Origin: Felis catus | Taxonomy: Eukaryota | DNA length: 60,000 nucleotides | Direction of reading: 5' to 3' | Assembly (NCBI RefSeq): GCF_018350175.1 | Contig: NC_058368.1 | Location: 172,610,001-172,670,000 of the forward strand | Shown here: piece after piece, positions 52,223 to 60,000 of the stretch | Position numbering within the stretch: position 1 is the first letter of the stretch | Layout: every line of letters begins with the position of its first letter | Made by a program: the position numbers and the translations under genes | Notes under the pieces: model-generated | What the model was told of the DNA's origin: nothing | The model's input: the letters and a program-made list of their open reading frames with translations, nothing else | Database searches by the model: none

Positions 52223-55200
52223 GCATTACTTGTGCACATTTAAATGTGGGACCTTGAGCTAGCTTATTGGGGATCCCAAAAGTCCTTATTTAGAATTGTT
52301 TCAGGTCACTAAACTTTATTGATCTGTTCACTAACAATCAAAATCCTCATTCACTAAACTAAAACTGTTACTACCTTATTAGCAAAGAACAAAAAACCTT
52401 ACAAAGCAGCTGAATAAGGCAATAGTGAGAAAGTGTTTAATGTTCCAGACTTGGGGTGAACTCCAAGCTCAGTCTCTTTCTAGCTTTGTGTTCCTGGGCA
52501 TGTTTTTTTCCCCCTCCCTAAGCCTCATCAGCAACATCACAAGAAAATGGAGCAACCCACCTAGCACCTAGTATATCAAGGCTAGAGCAGGAGTTGGAGA
52601 TAGTGGGAACTGTGCCAGATGGCCATCCAAAGCCTGCCAGCTCTGCTGTCTTTCCATCTCTCTTGGACCACTCAGCCTGCAGTCCAGGGGCACACTCAGT
52701 AAACCCTCAGGAGACTTGCCAGACTGTAAACCAGCAGTTGGTGCTGGTTGAGCTCATCTGGTGTTTCCCATCTCTCATCTCTACGGCACCTGCTAAGACC
52801 TGCCTGGCCCAGTTTAAAGAGACTCTAGAGACCTGGTTCCCCACTGCTCAGAGTTAAACCTGCTCCCTCAAGAGACTGGAGCACAGGATTAGTCAGTATC
52901 TTTATTGAAACCATCTCATTATGTTTGATCCACTGAGCAAGCATTATGACCTCTGTGCTAGGGCTTTTATTTTGGGCACAAAGATAAATAAGATAGTCCC
53001 TATACCCAGGAATCTCCCCCCTTAAAATCATTGCCCACCCAGCCTGGCCACTTTCACTGCAAGTAGTAGGAAACGATACAAGAAGGGGTGGATCCCTGCC
53101 ACCTCTGGTTCTTTGTAAGCCAGTAGAGATTCACTATGTAGAAATGTTAAAGGGCCTTTGAAGATGAAGACTTAGCTGCTGAGATTTTTTTAATTTTTAA
53201 TTTACTTAAAATATCCCCAGAGCTGTTATCTTAATATCTAATATCAGATAAACTATTAAGATCCTAACGACTTTATATACCGAACCTAGAAGTTTTAAGA
53301 GCAGGGGCTATATTTAACTCATTTGTGGGGTATTTAGTGTGCACGGTCCTCATGTGCTCAATAAGTGGCTGTTAAACCAAATGAAAATAAAAGAAGTAAA
53401 AGTTAGGTTTCTTCCACTTTGTGCTTACCAGCTTCTACTGCTGGGCCAGGCTGGCAGTCATTCGTTCATTTAGGCCCGTGATACACACATCACACCCAGT
53501 CTCCCTCTCACCTGATCTGGTGTTCATTTATTCTGCAAATACTAATGGACACCTGATCTGTATCAGACCCTAGGCTAGCTAAGGACACAGAAGTGAATCA
53601 GTCCCTGCCCACATGTGTGTATTAATTGTAGTTAGGCTAGAAGAGCATCACTTCCTCTGAGTTACGGTTCAAATCCTAGATCCTAGTACGCAGCCTTTCA
53701 AAGAGTTTTAGCCCTGTTAGCATGTTTTCTCACATGTATGACAGTGATGCCAGAGTCACATTAGGGCAGCAAGTGCTGCATGTCAAGCACTTAGCACAAG
53801 TGGTAGCTATGATTATTATAGATATTTGGTGCTGAAGATGCACAAATATGGTAACCAATAGAAGATTTCTCAGAGCTGATGCTTCAAGGTTGAGTAGAAG
53901 TTCCTTTAGAGAAGGTGAGAGAAAGTGTCTAAACAAAGAAAGCAATGTAGAGACCCAGAGGCGAGAATTGCCCAATTCAGGCAGAGTAGCATGAGGTCAG
54001 GCTGGAGAGGTTAGCAGGGTTCTAGAAAACCACAGCAAGAAGTTTGGGCTTTATCCTGCAGGCAGTGAGGAATCAATGAAAGCTTTTAAATAGGAAAATA
54101 AACATGTTCTTGGGTAAGTTCTCTGATAGCATGAGAGGACGTAATTCTCAGTGGAAGAGGTAGCTGTGATTGCTTGATTCCACCTCTTCCTCATCCTAGC
54201 CTAACTAATCATCAGATCCTCCGTGTTTTGCTGGATTCTGTCCCAGACCTACAGAATTAGAGTCTCTAGGTCCAGAGCCCAGGAATCTTGTTGTTAAACT
54301 GCCCCAGGTGATTCTGGTATGTGGCTGGGTCTGCTAACTGCTCAGTTGAGGGTGGTATGAGGAGCTTTGTGGAAGCCTAGGATATTCTTCAAAGAATAGG
54401 GCTTCCGGAGAGGGGAGCTTTTCCATAAGCAGGAATAGAAACAGCCTTAGTTTTAAAAACAAAAAACAGGCTTTCCCCAGTTTTCCAGTTGTTGCCCCAT
54501 TAATGTTATTCTCCAACTGCTGATCTTCCCTTGTGTATCCAAACTCTTACCATGCCCATTACATGCTGTCATCTCTGCTGAATGATCAAGATGCAGTGAG
54601 TCATGGGACACAGGTCCTGCCCTCAGTGTTCTCAGTGTTGTGGAGAAGACAGATCTCAAAAACTGGGACACGTACGATAAGCTCTATTCAAGAGGTATGT
54701 AACAAAGCATTAGGGCATCCCAGAACAAAGCAGTTAATTCTCCCTGTGGACTTAGAAGGAAGTAACACCCTAACTGTGCCTAAAAAAGAAGAGGCAGAGG
54801 GGAACAACATCAGTGAGGGTGTGGTGCTTTATATATTTGGGGAAAGAATGGATATTGGGGAAAGGAGTGGTTAATGGTTTTTCCTGGCAGGATGTGCAGA
54901 ACAGAAAAGGACTAAGGAGAGAAGGTCTTGTGTCCCAGGAAGGGCCCTTTGTTTACACCCTTTGGTTCTGTGCCCTTGCTCCCACACTCATCCTTCAACC
55001 TGTAGGTGGATGAACATGCTGTAGTCCTAGGCCATCTCCTTTTAGTCCCTCCTCAAGGCTCTCAGCTCTCCAGCAACTTTTGTGGTTCTCTCTCCATTCT
55101 GAAATGAATAGGTTCTTCATCTACTCTGAAAAGTGATATAGGGAAACTAGATAGTAAGAAGGACCCTGAAACATGGAAGGGTCTTATTAGGAAGTTGTAG

Positions 55201-55344
55201 CCAGAGATCGTGGATGGGGGGGTTCAAAGGGGCCTTGAAGGTCACCTGTCTAGTCCTCTGTCCTGTGCTTCAAGTAATAACTTTGGATTGGGCAAGTCTC
55301 ACTTAGTAAGTTTCCCTGTCATTTCTTCCAGGACAGAAGAGGAA

Positions 55345-55570
55345 AGAAACTAACGGGTATTGAGCACCTACTGTGTGCCAGGCCCAGGCCAGGTACTTTA
55401 CATAATTTATTTCCTTCTGTCCTCACAACTCTGTGAAGTATGGTTTTATTCTCATTTCATAAAGGAGGAAATTGAGGCTCAAAGAAATTGAGTAATTAAG
55501 ATAATACTGAAATGGCAGAACTGGGTTTTGAACTCACAACAGTCTATCTCCAAAGTTCATACTCTTCCAC
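55345..55570 (-). mobile_element. MIR
   Basis: TATTGAGCACCTACTGTGTGCCAGGC...GAGGAAATTGAGGCTCA. Confidence 0.75.
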
Positions 55571-57448
55571 CCATGAGAAATCCATGCTCGGGTGACAGAG
55601 TAGGTTATATGATTTGCCTGAAGTTCTAAGTTATTAAGCAACAGTTTAGGCCTTCTTGTGGCTGACTGCACCCAGAAAGCAGGTTCAACAGATGAGCTAG
55701 CCTTGGGCAGGTGGAAGGCCACTGGGGTCAGAGAGACTCGTTACCCTGTCTTTGGCTGAGCTTGTACAACCAGAGAAGATTCTCCACAAACTGGCTGATA
55801 TGAAATAGCTGTTCATCCAGGAAGGAACTGAGACAACAGACTGAGTGGGAGTTTGGGTGAAAGCTCTAGGGCACTGAGGTGCACTTGTATCACCTCGTTA
55901 AGAATTAAATGTAGCTCTGATTGCCAGCCTCAGAATGGTCTGAGATTCTTCACACTGATGCCCTCTCATCAGTAGCCCAGAGTCACAAAGATAGGCCTTT
56001 TAGCATAGCATATCCAGGAAGTGGCTAGTTCAGCTTGTCTTTAGACTCTGTCCTTTGTATAGAGCAACTAAAATGTGAGCCAGGTGGGCTTTTAAGCATT
56101 TATTCAGTGAATGCCTGCTATGTGTCAGGTCCAAGCCAAGCCTGGGTTCCCGGGCACACTTAAATGACCAAGATGCACTCCCTGCCCCCAAAGAGTCCTC
56201 ATTCCACCAGGGGTTTGAGACAGACAGAATATGTCTATGGCGCAGTGTGATAGGTACTGTAGTAAAAGAATTAGTTCTACTCAGCCTGGTCCAGCCAAAG
56301 CTTGACCTTTGACCAAGATCTTAGGGCATGAGTACAAATTTGCTGGGGAGTGGAACTGAGATGCTGAGGTTTCCAGGGCACAGTGTATTTGCTGGAGGAG
56401 CAGTACGAATAGAACCTAAGATTCTCAGATGTTAAGCTTGGAAATGAAGCATGGAGAGGTCAGCTGGGGCCAAGTCATGAAACACGGGGTCCAGAAAGTG
56501 CTGCAGTAGTGAACTTAACCAGAAAGCCAGGAGATTAAAGAGAGACCAAGGTGGGAAAAGGAGCTAAAAGAAGGAGATACTCAAATTGGATAGGTACATG
56601 AGAAGGCACATAATAAGCTTACATGAAGCAGAGAAGCCCAGTGCCCAGGTTGGTTGGTTGGTTGTTTTAATTTGTATATTATTTTGTTACATTAATTTTA
56701 ATTGCGTGTTATTTTAATTTGTGTCCCTGCCTGATTCTCCAAAATGAATATGAGGCATCTGGGAGTTTGGGAGTATTGATGTCCCCATGCATGAACCTGC
56801 CTGGTTTAAGCATGTGTTCTTAAGGCAGAAATTCTATGTTATTCGATGTTTCCCACTACCTAGCACAATGAGAATGGGCTCTGAGCATGTTCACTGAAGG
56901 AGGAAATGAGTGGGTGAATGGAAGAGTAAGTGGCAGTGACTGAGCTGGTGACTTTTGGTAGGCTGGGTATTAATAATTTTCTCTGCTTCTGGAAGGGAAT
57001 TTTAGCTGCTACTGTTGTCTTCTGCCTTGGTGACAGGGAGGCTCTTGGAGTGGGGTACCTTGAGAGTTGAATGCTCTAACGGGTCATTTCAGAATAGAAT
57101 TTGGAAGCTATTGCAGGACCACTGGTTAAATACAGCATATGTCTTGGGGGAATCCTCTACAAACATACACAAACTCTTGGGATTAAAAGGAATCCATGAG
57201 AGAAATGAGAACAGGTTTAGTGCTGGCTGTTAGATCCAGCCTCAGAGCAGACCTTGATAGCTGCCTCGCCTGGTGACCTGGGTTATTCTCCAGCAATTCC
57301 CAAATTGTGGACAGAAAGATGAGGTGGGAAATTTATGCCCCAAAAGAGCTATCCAGATATGCCATGAACTGTATCATTGTTAATAATCGCTATTGCTTAC
57401 TGTGCACCCACTGGGTTACAGGCACCATACCATTAGAGACTTTACATT

Positions 57449-58612
57449 AGCAGTTTTCAAAGTGTTTGGTCTTAGGGACCTTTTATACTCCTAAAAATTA
57501 TTGAGGACCCAAAAGAGCTTTCTTTTGTTGGTTTTATCTGTTCATATTTACCAAAATAAGTATTAAAGCTGAGAAAGTTTAAAAATATTTAGTTACTAAA
57601 TCATTTAAGAATAACAATATTAAACCTGTCATGTTAACATACATAATTTTTTAATGGAAAATACATTTTCCAAAAAAATAATAGAAGACTGGTCTCATTT
57701 TCATTTTCCCAAATTTGTTTGTCTGGCTTAATAGAAAGAAGCTGGATGCTCATATGTGTTTCTGTATTCCGTCTGCTGCAGTACATTGTTTTGAAGTATA
57801 TTTTAAAAATCCAGCCTCAAACAGATGTTGTTGGAAAAGGAAGGAGTATTTAAAAAAAAATTTTTTTAATCTTTATTTATTTCTGAGAGAGAGAAAGAGA
57901 GACAGAGCATGAGCAGGGGAGGGGCAGAGAGAGAGGGAGACACAGAATCCGAAGCAGGTTGCAGGCTCTGAGCTGTCAGCACAGAGCCCGACGCGGGGCT
58001 CGAACTTATCAACTGGGAGATCATGACCTGAGCTGAAGTCAGATACCCAGCCAACTGAGCCACCCAGGCGCCTCTAGGAAGGAGTATTTTAAAAGCCTTT
58101 CCAGGTGATTGCTGATAATTCTTCTTTGCAGTGTGGAATCTGAGACCATTTTAATGAAGTCTTTGCACTCATTACATTAAAATCTGTTGGTTTATCTAGC
58201 ACTTTGAATGGATTTTTTTTAACAATGCATGATTCTGAAACATCATGCTTTTGCTCATTTGGAAAATAGGTTCACTGAGTTATGCAGCTCTTCCAAATGT
58301 TTTCCCATTTCATTTTACAATATCAAAAAATAACATTTGTCACTATAACCACCATTTACACCAGAAAAGTCTAAGGATTGGGAAGCTTTTGATTTCATGA
58401 TGGTGGATACAAAATTCTAATTTCCAAATTTCCAAAATTCTGAATTTTGCCTGAAAGCTTGAATTTTGTCATTGGCCACAAGTAGAAAGTTGTTTTCCTG
58501 GAAGTGTTGGGTTCATTTTGTTCATTTTTTGAGAAAATGTCTGGCATTTTTCAAGTCTGAATAACCAGAGTTTGTCAGTCATTCTTCAAGTAAAAATGGT
58601 GTTCCATGAGAA
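57449..58612. mobile_element. hAT-Charlie DNA transposon remnant (Charlie1/MER64-like), interrupted by a SINE
   Basis: Terminus ...GGACCTTTTATACTCCTAAAAATTATTGAGGACCCAAAAGAGC and AT-rich internal sequence. Confidence 0.6.
57856..58075 (-). mobile_element. Felid CanSINE
   Basis: TSD AGGAAGGAGTATTT. Confidence 0.94.
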
Positions 58613-60000
58613 AAATTGTCTTCCTTTTCCTTTGATTTTAACTGTTCTTATCCAGAAATATCTAGAATACCCTAGCATAATGTTTCTCAGGCCAAGACAG
58701 AAAAGTCTTGGACCTGGTCAGGTGAGAGAGCAGAGATTTAGTTGCATATGCCTGCCCCCTGGGCAAGGAGTGGCTACAGTCTAGGGTTCACCTGGCTCCT
58801 TGACTGCTCTGGGAATTTGCATGCTAAAACAGGACCCTTGTGTGAGTAACCCCACACTCCAGAGATTCTGGTTTTGTCTAGAGTGAAGCAGAATTTAACT
58901 TGGAGTCTTTTTTGAGCAGATCCCAAGTCTAGAACCTTTCCTAGCTCTTCCCCTATCTTTTTCCTAGTTCCAGATTTTTAGCTGGATAGGCTGTGACATT
59001 TAAGCTGAAGTAAGAAGGAATAATTATTGTCCAGGGTTCCTGAGTTTAAGGATCAGTTCCCTACCCATTATGATGAAGAAGAATGGTTGGGTGTTTCATT
59101 CATTCTATAAACATTTATTGTTCATGTTCTTGTGTGGGGATACTGTGCCTGGTGTAAAAAATGCAGCTTGAGAACAGCTACTTTAAAAGCCTGAGTTGAC
59201 TTCAGGACATAAGGGGTGATGATTGATGGGAATTTGAAAAATGGCAGGACATTGCAGTCAAAGAGAATTCTGAACCAAGAGCTTTTCTATAGCAAAGCAA
59301 AAATTTGCAGGAACAGTGGTAGTACTGACTGAATATAACATCTCTAGGACTTGGGATTCTCACCACCCTCTGGCAGTAGAGATGAAAATGTCAGAGAAAA
59401 AAGTCCCCAGGTTCCACCATGCATCGTATTCAGGGGCAGGCACTAAGATTTAGGATTAAGACAGCTTTGGAGATAGCCCCAAGAATTGCCAGGCCAGAAA
59501 GAAGAAAAGTATACCAAGCTCATGACAGTGGATAACTGGTTTCCAATGTAGATTTATTAAGAACAGAACAGCCAGAGGGCCTAGGTGATGATAGATTGTC
59601 TACTGTATGGCTCCTTTGAGCTAATAAGCTTTGCATCTCTAATGTCACTTAGTCTAGACAACCTTATGCAATGTAGGTGGTATCATTCCTGCTTCAGTTA
59701 GGACCTAATTAACTTTCTATGCCCTGTGTTTTCTTTTCTTTAACTGGAAAGACAGCCTGTCCTGTAAGTTCACTTCCATTGATGGCTAATCTCATTTATA
59801 ATGTGGACCAGTTTGGCTCTAGGGAGAGCCACATTATTCCATAAATGAGGCCATCTGATTGTAATCCCCAAGGAATGTGATCTTTCACTCTTGCATGCTT
59901 GAGATTGGAACCATTCAGATGAAGGTCCAGGGTAGGGGGATGGCCTTTCTCTGTGAGAAGCAATAATTTCAGAATTTCAAGCAATGTCTCACTAAGCTGT

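Overview
Mammalian (felid) genomic DNA, judged from numerous Felidae-type CanSINEs and carnivore L1s. The only intact protein-coding sequence I recognise is FAM193B coding exon 1 (48855-49064, +), which sits in a CpG-island promoter; its intron 1 runs to the window end. The upstream ~48 kb is mostly repeats: one near-full-length but inactivated L1, further L1 fragments, 20 SINEs, MaLR/ERVL/ERV1 LTR remnants and hAT DNA transposons. It also holds an intron-containing decayed TMED9-like (p24-alpha) paralog (~11.4-13.85 kb), a 3'-truncated APOC1 retrocopy abutting an unidentified decayed reading frame, and a U6 snRNA retrocopy fused to a 109-nt foreign 3' segment inside one TSD. Two structural oddities are a near-perfect 124-bp inverted templated duplication and an AT-rich palindrome. 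A candidate 165-nt exon in FAM193B intron 1 resembles an N-terminal segment of FAM193A. All family and gene identifications come from recalled sequences, not database searches, and repeat boundaries are approximate.
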